Positions 1 to 7,372 of a DNA stretch of 63,028 nucleotides are shown in pieces. Position numbers and translations under genes: made by a program. Each line of letters opens with the position of its first letter. Position 1 is the stretch's first letter. The notes beneath the pieces are model-generated. The model ran no database searches and had not been told where the DNA came from. It was given only the letters and a program-made list of their open reading frames with translations. This DNA comes from a virus. Lineage: Duplodnaviria; Caudoviricetes. The DNA is taken from the IMG/VR virus record IMGVR_UViG_3300035188_000849, positions 1 through 63,028 of that record; one strand, given 5' to 3'.

Positions 1-1
1 T

Positions 2-604
2 CATAATCCAATATCACACGAAGTGAAAGCATTGGGGTTTTTCATCAACAAACCAGAACACAAAAACGGAGTTGCAAATTATTCTGTCAGTGGAAACTAC
101 AGAGGCAATGAAATTCTTACCCATCAACTGGGTATTGGAAAATCCTTGATTCCCCTACCACAGCACCATCCAACACAGGAACATTCTGTTCGACATTTGG
201 TTGACAGGGCTTTTTCAAAAAAACCAACTAAGTATCTAAAGTACTTGAAGACTATTCATACTGGTCTTACAAATACCATAGAAGCACACAGACAAAAATG
301 GAATGACTCTCATAAGGCTGCTACAGAGTCTTTTCGTTCCATGAAACAAAAGACAGTGAATTCATTGAGTAATTCTGTTCCTATCGGTAGTACAATAGAA
401 CAACACCAACTGATGGCGCATCATCACTCTGAGACTGCGGCACAGCACGAAAGAAATATAAGAGAACTAGAGTTACATCGACAAACCATAACAAGACATG
501 CAAATGCCTTGGGTAGAATCTTTGGAGTTGATGCATCAGAGCAATCATCCGGTGATTTAAATTCAAGAAAAATAGTTTCCGGGGTATGGGATGAGGTTCT
601 ATAA
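2..604 (+). CDS. His-rich hypothetical protein, probably 5'-truncated by the window edge
   Basis: Frame of ORF 23..604 is open back to position 2; about 16 His in 193 aa; no family recognised. Confidence 0.6.
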   Translation, partial: HNPISHEVKALGFFINKPEHKNGVANYSVSGNYRGNEILTHQLGIGKSLIPLPQHHPTQEHSVRHLVDRAFSKKPTKYLKYLKTIHTGLTNTIEAHRQKWNDSHKAATESFRSMKQKTVNSLSNSVPIGSTIEQHQLMAHHHSETAAQHERNIRELELHRQTITRHANALGRIFGVDASEQSSGDLNSRKIVSGVWDEVL

Positions 605-933
605 TGATTGGGTTAGTCCGAGATAGATCATATAGAATAGTAAACAAACTATTCAATCCATCTTTGGATTGGATGAAAGACCAACTAGAAAAAAATGTTT
701 GTTTGGTTTTGTTCAAGAAAAAATTAAATGGGCAATATCGTTCGATGAAATGTACAAGGGATCTATCGAAATTGCCAAGAAACAGAAAAACCATGATTAG
801 CACTATTGAAAATCCTCACGGTTATGATAATATCATTACCGTATGGGAAGTAGAGAGCAGAGAATGGAAAAGTTTTTACTATGAATCCGTTCACTCTTTT
901 ACTGTGCTTCTAGAAACTTTGGAGAAAAAATAA
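604..933 (+). CDS. SH3/WYL_2-like (DUF2693-type) small phage protein
   Basis: Pattern F-K-K-x-N-G-x-x-R-x-M-x-C-T ... I-T-V-W-E-V-E-x-x-E-W-K-S-F typical of this T4-like phage family. Confidence 0.65.
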   Translation: MIGLVRDRSYRIVNKLFNPSLDWMKDQLEKNVCLVLFKKKLNGQYRSMKCTRDLSKLPRNRKTMISTIENPHGYDNIITVWEVESREWKSFYYESVHSFTVLLETLEKK

Positions 934-1203
934 ATGGAAAATTTAGAATATGTACAAACTCCTGTAGCCAAATTAGTTGAAGTTGGCAATCGTTGTGTTT
1001 TAATTCTTGAAGATTGGAACACAGAGGAAGCAATAGATGGCTACAGCCAAGAAGAAGTAAAGAGTTTGATTGAAATGTTACAGCAATCTCTTGATATAAT
1101 GTCTAGATACAATAGAGTGAACGATAAAATGCCACTCTTCGAAAATTGGGAGGAATCACAACCAAATGTTCAACAAGACTCCTCACCAACCAGAGTGGAT
1201 TGA
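934..1203 (+). CDS. hypothetical protein
   Basis: Abuts previous stop, GGAG upstream. Confidence 0.55.
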   Translation: MENLEYVQTPVAKLVEVGNRCVLILEDWNTEEAIDGYSQEEVKSLIEMLQQSLDIMSRYNRVNDKMPLFENWEESQPNVQQDSSPTRVD

Positions 1204-1387
1204 TAAACTTATCGAAGCGTCTGTGGATGCCGTAAAAGGCTATGAAGATTATTTGTTAGACAAAATCAAATACAATGATTTGGCTAAAATAATGAAAAAA
1301 CTTCATAATGCAATTCCAGACGAAAATCAACAACCACAAAAAGCAAAACGTATAGACCCAAAAGATTATAAACACTACTTTGATTAA
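1166..1387 (+). CDS. hypothetical protein
   Basis: GGAGG about 12 nt upstream; operon packing with guaC. Confidence 0.55.
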   Translation: MFNKTPHQPEWIDKLIEASVDAVKGYEDYLLDKIKYNDLAKIMKKLHNAIPDENQQPQKAKRIDPKDYKHYFD

Positions 1388-1389
1388 TT

Positions 1390-2439
1390 ATGAAAATAGA
1401 AGATGAAGTGAAGTTAGATTTTTCTGATGTATTAATTCGCCCCAAAAGAAGTGAATTAGAATCAAGAAATGAAGTATCGTTATTCCGCCGTTTTACATTT
1501 AACAATACGGTGTGGGAAGGCGTTCCAATTGCAGCAGCAAACATGGCTGGAGTTGGAACATTCGATGTTGCACAGAAACTATCGGCACACAGAATACTGA
1601 CTTGCATTCACAAATTTTATTCTGCCGAGAGTTGGGTTGACAACTACTATCAACAATATGCGATCAATCCAGATGTAGATTGCCTTGTCTATAGCATGGG
1701 AATGGGTGCGAATCCATACGAAGAATTACAAAAAGCAGAAGCAGTATTGGATAAATGTTCTTTTGTAAAATTCATTTGCATTGATGTTGCCAATGGATAT
1801 ACACAGAAGTTTGCAAACTATGTCAAGACTGTGCGAAAACATTTTCCAGACAAGATCATAATTGCGGGAAATGTTGTGACTAGAGAGATGACAGAAGCAT
1901 TGATTCTCTCTGGTGCAAACATTGTGAAGGTAGGTATTGGTCCTGGATCAGTATGCACAACAAGAAAAGTAACTGGAGTTGGTTATCCTCAATTGTCTGC
2001 GATCATGGAATGTGCAGATGCAGCACATGGTTTGGGTGGGCATGTAATGGCTGATGGTGGTTGCACTTGCCCTGGCGATGTTGCAAAGGCATTTGGTGCT
2101 GGTGGAGATTTCGTTATGTTGGGTGGTATGTTTGCCGGAACAGACGAAGCCGCCCAGTACGAGGTTGGAGAAGACGGAACAGAAACTAGAGTTTTCTATG
2201 GTATGTCCTCCGATGTGGCCATGAATAAGTTTAGTGGTGGTGTTGCATCGTATCGTGCATCCGAAGGAAAGAAAGTTGTTGTTCCGGAGTCAGGTCCAAT
2301 CGATGGGGTTGTGCAACAGATACTTGGTGGTCTTCGTTCTGCTTGCACATATATTGGAGCAAAACACTTGAAAGATTTCCCAAAATGTTGTACATTTATT
2401 CGTGTCAATCGTCAACTTAATACGATTTATGGAGTTTAA
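1390..2439 (+). CDS. guaC: GMP reductase
   Basis: KLDFSDVLIRPKRS, CIDVANGY, VKVGIGPGSVCTTR catalytic loop, ADGG, FYGMSS, YRASEGK; 349 aa with no CBS domains. Confidence 0.95.
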   Translation: MKIEDEVKLDFSDVLIRPKRSELESRNEVSLFRRFTFNNTVWEGVPIAAANMAGVGTFDVAQKLSAHRILTCIHKFYSAESWVDNYYQQYAINPDVDCLVYSMGMGANPYEELQKAEAVLDKCSFVKFICIDVANGYTQKFANYVKTVRKHFPDKIIIAGNVVTREMTEALILSGANIVKVGIGPGSVCTTRKVTGVGYPQLSAIMECADAAHGLGGHVMADGGCTCPGDVAKAFGAGGDFVMLGGMFAGTDEAAQYEVGEDGTETRVFYGMSSDVAMNKFSGGVASYRASEGKKVVVPESGPIDGVVQQILGGLRSACTYIGAKHLKDFPKCCTFIRVNRQLNTIYGV

Positions 2440-2441
2440 TT

Positions 2442-2606
2442 ATGAATAGCACAGATAGAAAAAATAAATTAAAAGTTTCTCGCCGTCGCAAGTTAAAGAA
2501 GCAAAGACTTCAACTTGAACTATTGAATGCCAGCAAAAAGACACTGGATCGTCTAGACAGACAGGGCTCGCTTCCAAAGATTGTAAAGCAAAAACTAGGT
2601 CGATGA
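2442..2606 (+). CDS. small, very basic protein (54 aa, MNSTDRKNKLKVSRRRKLKKQR...) not in ORF track
   Basis: Read manually; GGAG at 2431; fills the gap exactly and its TGA overlaps the next ATG (ATGA). Confidence 0.65.
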   Translation: MNSTDRKNKLKVSRRRKLKKQRLQLELLNASKKTLDRLDRQGSLPKIVKQKLGR

Positions 2607-3172
2607 ATATCTTTGTCTTAGACCAGAATCCTATTGTTGCTGCACAGCACATGTGTAACAAACATGTTGTCAAGATGATTGTTGAGTCTTGTCAACTGCT
2701 GTCAACAGCACACCATGTGTTGGATGGTAATAAGATTACCAGAGTTGCAAAAAATGGTCGCAACTATTCAACATATGAATGTGTGAATGATTTGTTTACT
2801 CCAAACATTCTTCGTTGTACTATGGTAAATCATCCTTGTACAATTTGGGTTCGATCCAGCCACATGGCATATAATTGGTTATGGTTACATGTAAGAGAAA
2901 TGTTGAATGTGTACAGCGAAAGATATGAGAAGATTCATTCCTATTATTCTTTGGTTCAATTTACTCTGATAAAGCATCCAAAAAATATTCCCCATGTTCC
3001 AATAGAACCATTTGCCCAAGCAATGCCAGATAAGTACAAAAATAACGATGCTGTAAATGCATATCGTGCCTATTACATAGGCGAAAAAAGTCGGTTTGCT
3101 AAGTGGCCTGACGGAAAAACCCCAAGTTGGTATCTTGACGGAATCAAACAACCTGCTATAATTTCAGCATGA
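2603..3172 (+). CDS. pyrimidine-dimer DNA glycosylase / endonuclease V-like protein
   Basis: MNIFVLD...HVVKMIVESCQLLSTAH, NHPCTIW, QAMPDKYK, AYRAYY motifs. Confidence 0.8.
   Translation: MNIFVLDQNPIVAAQHMCNKHVVKMIVESCQLLSTAHHVLDGNKITRVAKNGRNYSTYECVNDLFTPNILRCTMVNHPCTIWVRSSHMAYNWLWLHVREMLNVYSERYEKIHSYYSLVQFTLIKHPKNIPHVPIEPFAQAMPDKYKNNDAVNAYRAYYIGEKSRFAKWPDGKTPSWYLDGIKQPAIISA
3135..3162 (+). promoter_or_regulatory. sigma70-type promoter for tRNA-Leu
   Basis: TTGACG-N16-TATAAT. Confidence 0.7.
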
Positions 3173-3177
3173 CATAC

Positions 3178-3260
3178 GGGATTGTGGCGGAACTGGCAGA
3201 CGCAGCAGACTCAAAATCTGCCGCCCTTAAAGCGTGTGGGTTCGATTCCCACCTGTCCCA
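3178..3260 (+). tRNA. tRNA-Leu (CAA)
   Basis: Cloverleaf: GCAGA-CTCAAAA-TCTGC anticodon arm, long variable arm, GTGGG-TTCGATT-CCCAC T arm; no encoded CCA. Confidence 0.92.
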
Positions 3261-3315
3261 CTATGGAGACTGAGATGATTTACTAATTATGGACTATACT
3301 TGTATTATATTATAA

Positions 3316-3441
3316 GGAGTCTGCTCGCCTAAAGGCAGTTGGTGTTGATTGGTTTAGAGATATCCAAGCAGCACCGAAACTAAAACTCTCGTCGTAAGGA
3401 GAATCGACGCCTCCCCTGTAAGTACTAGGTAAACGACTTCC
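3316..3441 (+). ncRNA. candidate structured non-coding RNA
   Basis: Ends pair (GGAGTC/GACTTC); internal stems GGTGTTG..TTGG/CCAA..CAGCACC and CGTCG/CGACG; followed by terminator. Confidence 0.45.
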
Positions 3442-3466
3442 CCAGTAGCAATACTGGGGTTTTTTT
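3440..3466 (+). terminator. intrinsic terminator
   Basis: CCCCAGTA-GCAA-TACTGGGG followed by T7. Confidence 0.85.
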
Positions 3467-3483
3467 ATTTCTAAATATATTAT

Positions 3484-5160
3484 ATGAAGAATAAACGGCT
3501 AAAATTATTAAAATCATTAATGGAGCAAACACAAACATTTGATCCTGATGCGAATCAACATTTTTCAAAACTTTCACCAGAAGATCAAACTAAGGCAAGA
3601 GAAAGATTTGAAAGATTTGCTAGAGTTGGAGCCATAAACCCAAACACCGCGACTCCATTTGGTTGGAGGAGAGCAACAGGGCCTGTTCATGATCGTGATT
3701 TTCATGGAAGAACCACGGAAGACTATAAAAAAATATATCATGCAAATCGAAGAAGCGGTGCTTCACACGAAGAAGCATTGCAACATGTTCAGGGAATGAG
3801 AAAAAAAGCACATGAAGAGGGACTTGCTGCAATAAAAACTGGTAGAGCAGAACATCTTCGTGGCGAAAGAAATGCTAGAAATTTAACAGCAGCAGATCAA
3901 ATTAAAAGAGATAGTAGGGAATCTACTGACTTATTTCATGCAGCAATGGGCGCAGCCGGTAAAGCTCATGAGTATTTTACCAATGCTACTCAATCTTGGG
4001 ACAAACTATCTCCAGAGGCTACCAAACACCTTTCTTCCATTACACGAATGGCAAGACACGTTATACACAATACGGTTATCGGTGGTTTGAGAAAGGTTTC
4101 TGGTGATTTTGTAAAACACGCACAAGATAGATTTACTTCCAATTTTTCTGGAGTTAGACCTTCAGATTTTGGTTATAGTAAACCACATGACATTGTTCCA
4201 AGTTTAATACGACCAACAAGAGTTCAGCAAATACTAAAAAATTATTCTAATCTGTCCGGTTATCATGGACCCCATAAAGAATATGTTCATGATTTGTATC
4301 AGGGGCCCGATAGAGATGGTTTTGATCCCGGTGGCACTGACAGTAAACGAATGCATGATGTAGCATCACATATTGGTGAACTTGGAGACATACATCCATT
4401 CGCAAGACACCTTCATTTGGGTGCAAGCCATAGAACATCGTCCTCTACTTCTGCAATGCACCACTTTGAAGATATTATAGGTCATCATATGACCAGTCAT
4501 AGATCTTTAGCAGGAACTAGCGATACACCACACGAAGGATTCAGTAGACAGTGGACTAGTAGTTCTCCTATAGGTGCTTATAAATTTACACCACAACACG
4601 GAGATGTTGGAAGCAGAGTTGACGCAGAAAAAAGAAAAGATGTAGATCAGACTATTAGATCTGGAATGCATGATGTTATAGGCCACATTTGGGCAATACC
4701 AAATTTGTCTAGAAGTGATAGAAGAAATTTAATGAAACATTTTGAAGTACAAATGAGGCATCATAATGTAGCAGCAATGGCAAATCCTCGTATGTACGCT
4801 GAACATCACGCAGGGAAAGCAGCACAAGAAGCCGAAGCAGCAGCCAGCCAACGAGAACAAGCCAGAGAAAGAGCCAGGCAAAGAGCAAGTGCTGGTGGCT
4901 CTGGTGAAGCACCACCACCAAGAAGAAGTAGATGGGCTCATAGAGAACAACCACATGAGATTTTGGGTATTGGTCCAAATGCTTCTCCTGCTGAAATTAA
5001 AAGAGCATTCAGAAAATTATCATTACAGCACCATCCAGATCAGGGTGGAAGTGCTGAAATGTTTAAAAAGATAAACGATGCTCATGCACATATGAGTGGC
5101 AAGTTAAATGAAATGGTAATGATGCTTGCCGAATGGATCACAAAAAGATATAAAAAATAA
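3484..5160 (+). CDS. His-rich protein with C-terminal DnaJ J-domain
   Basis: PHEILGIGPNASPAEIKRAFRKLSLQHHPDQGGSAEMFKKINDA with intact HPD; CTAAATA late-promoter-like motif at 3471. Confidence 0.85.
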   Translation: MKNKRLKLLKSLMEQTQTFDPDANQHFSKLSPEDQTKARERFERFARVGAINPNTATPFGWRRATGPVHDRDFHGRTTEDYKKIYHANRRSGASHEEALQHVQGMRKKAHEEGLAAIKTGRAEHLRGERNARNLTAADQIKRDSRESTDLFHAAMGAAGKAHEYFTNATQSWDKLSPEATKHLSSITRMARHVIHNTVIGGLRKVSGDFVKHAQDRFTSNFSGVRPSDFGYSKPHDIVPSLIRPTRVQQILKNYSNLSGYHGPHKEYVHDLYQGPDRDGFDPGGTDSKRMHDVASHIGELGDIHPFARHLHLGASHRTSSSTSAMHHFEDIIGHHMTSHRSLAGTSDTPHEGFSRQWTSSSPIGAYKFTPQHGDVGSRVDAEKRKDVDQTIRSGMHDVIGHIWAIPNLSRSDRRNLMKHFEVQMRHHNVAAMANPRMYAEHHAGKAAQEAEAAASQREQARERARQRASAGGSGEAPPPRRSRWAHREQPHEILGIGPNASPAEIKRAFRKLSLQHHPDQGGSAEMFKKINDAHAHMSGKLNEMVMMLAEWITKRYKK

Positions 5161-5161
5161 G

Positions 5162-5189
5162 TTGATTGGCTTGCGTTGAGCGTTATAAT
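5162..5189 (+). promoter_or_regulatory. sigma70-type promoter for tRNA-Lys/Glu
   Basis: TTGATT-N16-TATAAT. Confidence 0.6.
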
Positions 5190-5204
5190 TGGAGTCGTTA
5201 ATGC

Positions 5205-5278
5205 GCCTCCATAGCTCAGTCCGGTAGAGCAGTTGACTTTTAATCAATTGGTCCTAGGTTCGAATCCTAGTGGGGGCA
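5205..5278 (+). tRNA. tRNA-Lys (TTT)
   Basis: GCCTCCA/TGGGGGC acceptor, GTTGA-CTTTTAA-TCAAT, CTAGG-TTCGAAT-CCTAG. Confidence 0.95.
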
Positions 5279-5293
5279 CTTACAATTGAATAC

Positions 5294-5367
5294 GCGCTCA
5301 TAGATTAACTGGCTAAATCCCCGCCCTTTCAAGGCGGTGAGTCGGGGTTCGAGTCCCCGTGGGCGTA
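5294..5367 (+). tRNA. tRNA-Glu (TTC)
   Basis: GCGCTCA/TGGGCGT acceptor, CCGCC-CTTTCAA-GGCGG, CGGGG-TTCGAGT-CCCCG. Confidence 0.92.
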
Positions 5368-5369
5368 TT

Positions 5370-5540
5370 ATGAAGACATCTGAGATTCATGTTACTTTTG
5401 TCGATGATAACGAGAAAGATATTATCTTTTTTGTTTTGTGTTTCAAGGATGAAACTATCGTGAAGAAATTTGCTTTCAAGAACAGAGACAAGGCAGAAGA
5501 GACTGCACTTTCTTGGAACAATTCTGTTGACAATAACTAA
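5370..5540 (+). CDS. small hypothetical protein (MKTSEIHVTF...)
   Basis: ATG just after tRNA-Glu; the longer track ORF starts inside the tRNA. Confidence 0.5.
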   Translation: MKTSEIHVTFVDDNEKDIIFFVLCFKDETIVKKFAFKNRDKAEETALSWNNSVDNN

Positions 5541-5554
5541 AAAAAGTTTATAAT
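5527..5554 (+). promoter_or_regulatory. consensus sigma70-type promoter
   Basis: TTGACA-N16-TATAAT. Confidence 0.8.
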
Positions 5555-5564
5555 GTGTTTTGTA

Positions 5565-5617
5565 AAGAAGTGAGGGTTGATGAGACTTACTCCCACTTCT
5601 TGAGTGAACAAGTCTCA
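5565..5617 (+). promoter_or_regulatory. 5' leader able to form an H-type pseudoknot just upstream of the RBS
   Basis: S1 5565-5577/5589-5601 (12 of 13 pairs), S2 TGAGACTT 5581-5588/AAGTCTCA 5610-5617. Confidence 0.55.
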
Positions 5618-5635
5618 AAAAGGATTCTTTTTACT

Positions 5636-5905
5636 ATGGCTAATACTCTTAGCAAGACTCGCAAGGTCATCAACTATCTTGCAAACGGTAATTCAATTAC
5701 CGCTGCCGAGGCTCGCGCCCGCTTTGGCGTTCGCAACCTCCGCGCCACGATCAGCAACATTCGTGAACTGGTCGAGCGTTTTGGAAATTGGGAGATCGAC
5801 ACTGACGTTTCTCCCACGGGCAAGACCCGTTACACCATGGTCGACACTCATCCGGGTGATCGCGCCTATGGTTTCCGTGCAGACGGTACTCGTTACCTAC
5901 TCTGA
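5636..5905 (+). CDS. winged helix-turn-helix DNA-binding protein
   Basis: KVINYLANGNSITAAEARARFGVRNLRATISNIR; AAGGA RBS at 5620; start placed at MANTLS. Confidence 0.7.
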   Translation: MANTLSKTRKVINYLANGNSITAAEARARFGVRNLRATISNIRELVERFGNWEIDTDVSPTGKTRYTMVDTHPGDRAYGFRADGTRYLL

Positions 5906-5953
5906 AAAACTAAGACTGCCCTCCTAATCGATCCATAGTGATTACAGTCATTG

Positions 5954-5984
5954 GGGTGCTGCTAGAGGGAGCAGCACCCTTTTT
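5954..5984 (+). terminator. intrinsic terminator
   Basis: GGGTGCTGCT-AGAGGG-AGCAGCACCC then T5. Confidence 0.85.
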
Positions 5985-6014
5985 ATTTTGTCATAAATAT
6001 TTTGGAGGATTTAT

Positions 6015-6236
6015 ATGGAACCAAAGTATTTTTATGCTAAAGTAGAAATAGATGGACGTTGTGTTGATTTGCTATTGACTAACTCTGAAACTGTCAGAGC
6101 ATATAGTAGAGCAAAAGAAAATCCTTCTATGGTTAGTGATGTTCGTGGATATACAGAACTTTGCTGCGAAGTTCCTGTAGAAACTCGTAAGTGCAGCATT
6201 TGGGAAAAACTTTTAGGCAAATGTAATTGCCAATAA
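6015..6236 (+). CDS. hypothetical protein
   Basis: CATAAATA at 5992 and GGAGG RBS. Confidence 0.6.
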   Translation: MEPKYFYAKVEIDGRCVDLLLTNSETVRAYSRAKENPSMVSDVRGYTELCCEVPVETRKCSIWEKLLGKCNCQ

Positions 6237-6246
6237 TGGAGATAAT

Positions 6247-6588
6247 ATGTCATCGATTAAAATGGTTCGTTTGAGTTCTGGTGAAGAAATTATTTGTAAG
6301 TGGAGAGTTGATAAAGATGCAGATTCCAAGATTCATATTTTAAAGGATGCTGCAATTCTTTTCCCAATGGGACAAGGTAAGTTGGCATTTGCAAAGTGGA
6401 TGCCTTATGTTTCAGAAGAGCAACATAAGTATGGTATAACTGTTCCTGAGAAATTTGTGATGTTTGTTGTTGATATTGATGCTGAAATGGAAAAGCAATA
6501 CCAATCAATGATTAGTGGTCTTGTTGTTCCAAGCAATGGATCAGTAAGTGGTGGACCACTCGGAGCAGGATTGAAACTTACGACTTGA
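6247..6588 (+). CDS. conserved T4-like phage protein, probable Sm-like fold
   Basis: IKMVRLSSGEEIIC ... FAKWMPY pattern seen in T4-like phages; GGAG RBS. Confidence 0.6.
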   Translation: MSSIKMVRLSSGEEIICKWRVDKDADSKIHILKDAAILFPMGQGKLAFAKWMPYVSEEQHKYGITVPEKFVMFVVDIDAEMEKQYQSMISGLVVPSNGSVSGGPLGAGLKLTT

Positions 6589-6612
6589 CAGGAATCGAAC
6601 AACAGATATAAT
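6585..6612 (+). promoter_or_regulatory. consensus sigma70-type promoter for four-tRNA cluster
   Basis: TTGACA-N16-TATAAT. Confidence 0.85.
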
Positions 6613-6622
6613 TTTGTTGTCG

Positions 6623-6696
6623 GTTCCCGTAGCTCAGTTGGATAGAGCATTCGCCTTCTAAGCGAATGGTCAGTGGTTCGAATCCACTCGGGAACG
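6623..6696 (+). tRNA. tRNA-Arg (TCT)
   Basis: GTTCCCG/CGGGAAC, TTCGC-CTTCTAA-GCGAA. Confidence 0.95.
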
Positions 6697-6697
6697 T

Positions 6698-6770
6698 TCC
6701 TCTGTAGCTCAGTAGGTAGAGCGGGAAGCTGTTAACTTCCATGTCACTGGTTCGATTCCAGTCGGAGGAG
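6698..6770 (+). tRNA. tRNA-Asn (GTT)
   Basis: TCCTCTG/CGGAGGA, GGAAG-CTGTTAA-CTTCC. Confidence 0.95.
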
Positions 6771-6777
6771 TTTGAGC

Positions 6778-6849
6778 GCCACTTTAGCTCAACGGTAGAG
6801 CCTTGCTTTTGTAAAGCAGAGGTTGCGGGTTCGAATCCCACAGGTGGCT
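6778..6849 (+). tRNA. tRNA-Thr (TGT)
   Basis: GCCACTT/AGGTGGC, TTGCT-TTTGTAA-AGCAG. Confidence 0.9.
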
Positions 6850-6851
6850 TG

Positions 6852-6933
6852 GCGAGTATACTCAAGCGGTCAACGAGGTCTGACTGTAAATCAGATGGCA
6901 GCGCCTACGGGAGTTCGAATCTCTCTGCTCGCA
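6852..6933 (+). tRNA. tRNA-Tyr (GTA)
   Basis: GCGAGTA/TGCTCGC, TCTGA-CTGTAAA-TCAGA, long variable arm. Confidence 0.93.
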
Positions 6934-6949
6934 TTGTGTAGGAGGTTTT

Positions 6950-7069
6950 ATGGAAGGAAAACATGGAGCCGGAAAAGGCGATTCGTATAGACCAGTAAAT
7001 TATAAAAAATGGTCTGATAATTGGGACAAGATATTTAAAAAGAAATCTAAGAAGGAGAAAAAGAAATGA
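6950..7069 (+). CDS. small basic protein (39 aa, MEGKHGAGKGDSYRPVNYKKWSDNWDKIF...) not in ORF track
   Basis: Strong AGGAGG RBS; stop overlaps next ATG (ATGA). Confidence 0.7.
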   Translation: MEGKHGAGKGDSYRPVNYKKWSDNWDKIFKKKSKKEKKK

Positions 7070-7278
7070 ACTATAGACCAGGTGAAGGTTACGATAAAGG
7101 ATATACTTGCAGAATGAGTGGTGGATCTAAGCCAGTACAAGCGGCTACACCATCTGATGCATATTGGCAAGAATATTCCACAGGGTGGGAAGATGCCAAT
7201 GAAAAGATCATCAATGAAGCAAGAGCAAGAAATGGTATGCTGAATGAACACGGAAAACAGCAATTCTTGCAAGACTGA
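7066..7278 (+). CDS. ribosome modulation factor (RMF)-like protein
   Basis: G-Y-x-x-G-Y-x5-G ... Y-x-x-G-W-x-x-A spacing resembles RMF; AAGGAG RBS. Confidence 0.45.
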   Translation: MNYRPGEGYDKGYTCRMSGGSKPVQAATPSDAYWQEYSTGWEDANEKIINEARARNGMLNEHGKQQFLQD

Positions 7279-7293
7279 AGAATCTGTACTAAA

Positions 7294-7329
7294 AAATCAT
7301 CCTCTCTACCAAAATAGAGAGGATGATTT
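7294..7329. terminator. 15-bp perfect inverted repeat between convergent genes
   Basis: AAATCATCCTCTCTA-CCAAAA-TAGAGAGGATGATTT. Confidence 0.65.
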
Positions 7330-7372
7330 GCTTTATAGATTGATGAAAGAAAACGAAGAACTTAAGACTGAA

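Noticed and set aside
5577-5620. Hammerhead ribozyme or SAM-II riboswitch in the HTH leader
   Set aside because: TTGATGA is not CTGATGA and no GAAA follows the stem; SAM-II UUU and GCUA core residues are missing
6405-6941. Track ORFs 6405..6650, 6578..6865 and 6741..6941, and similar ones over 5313..5618, 13680..13991, 15120..15510
   Set aside because: They overlap tRNA or tmRNA genes and are shadow frames
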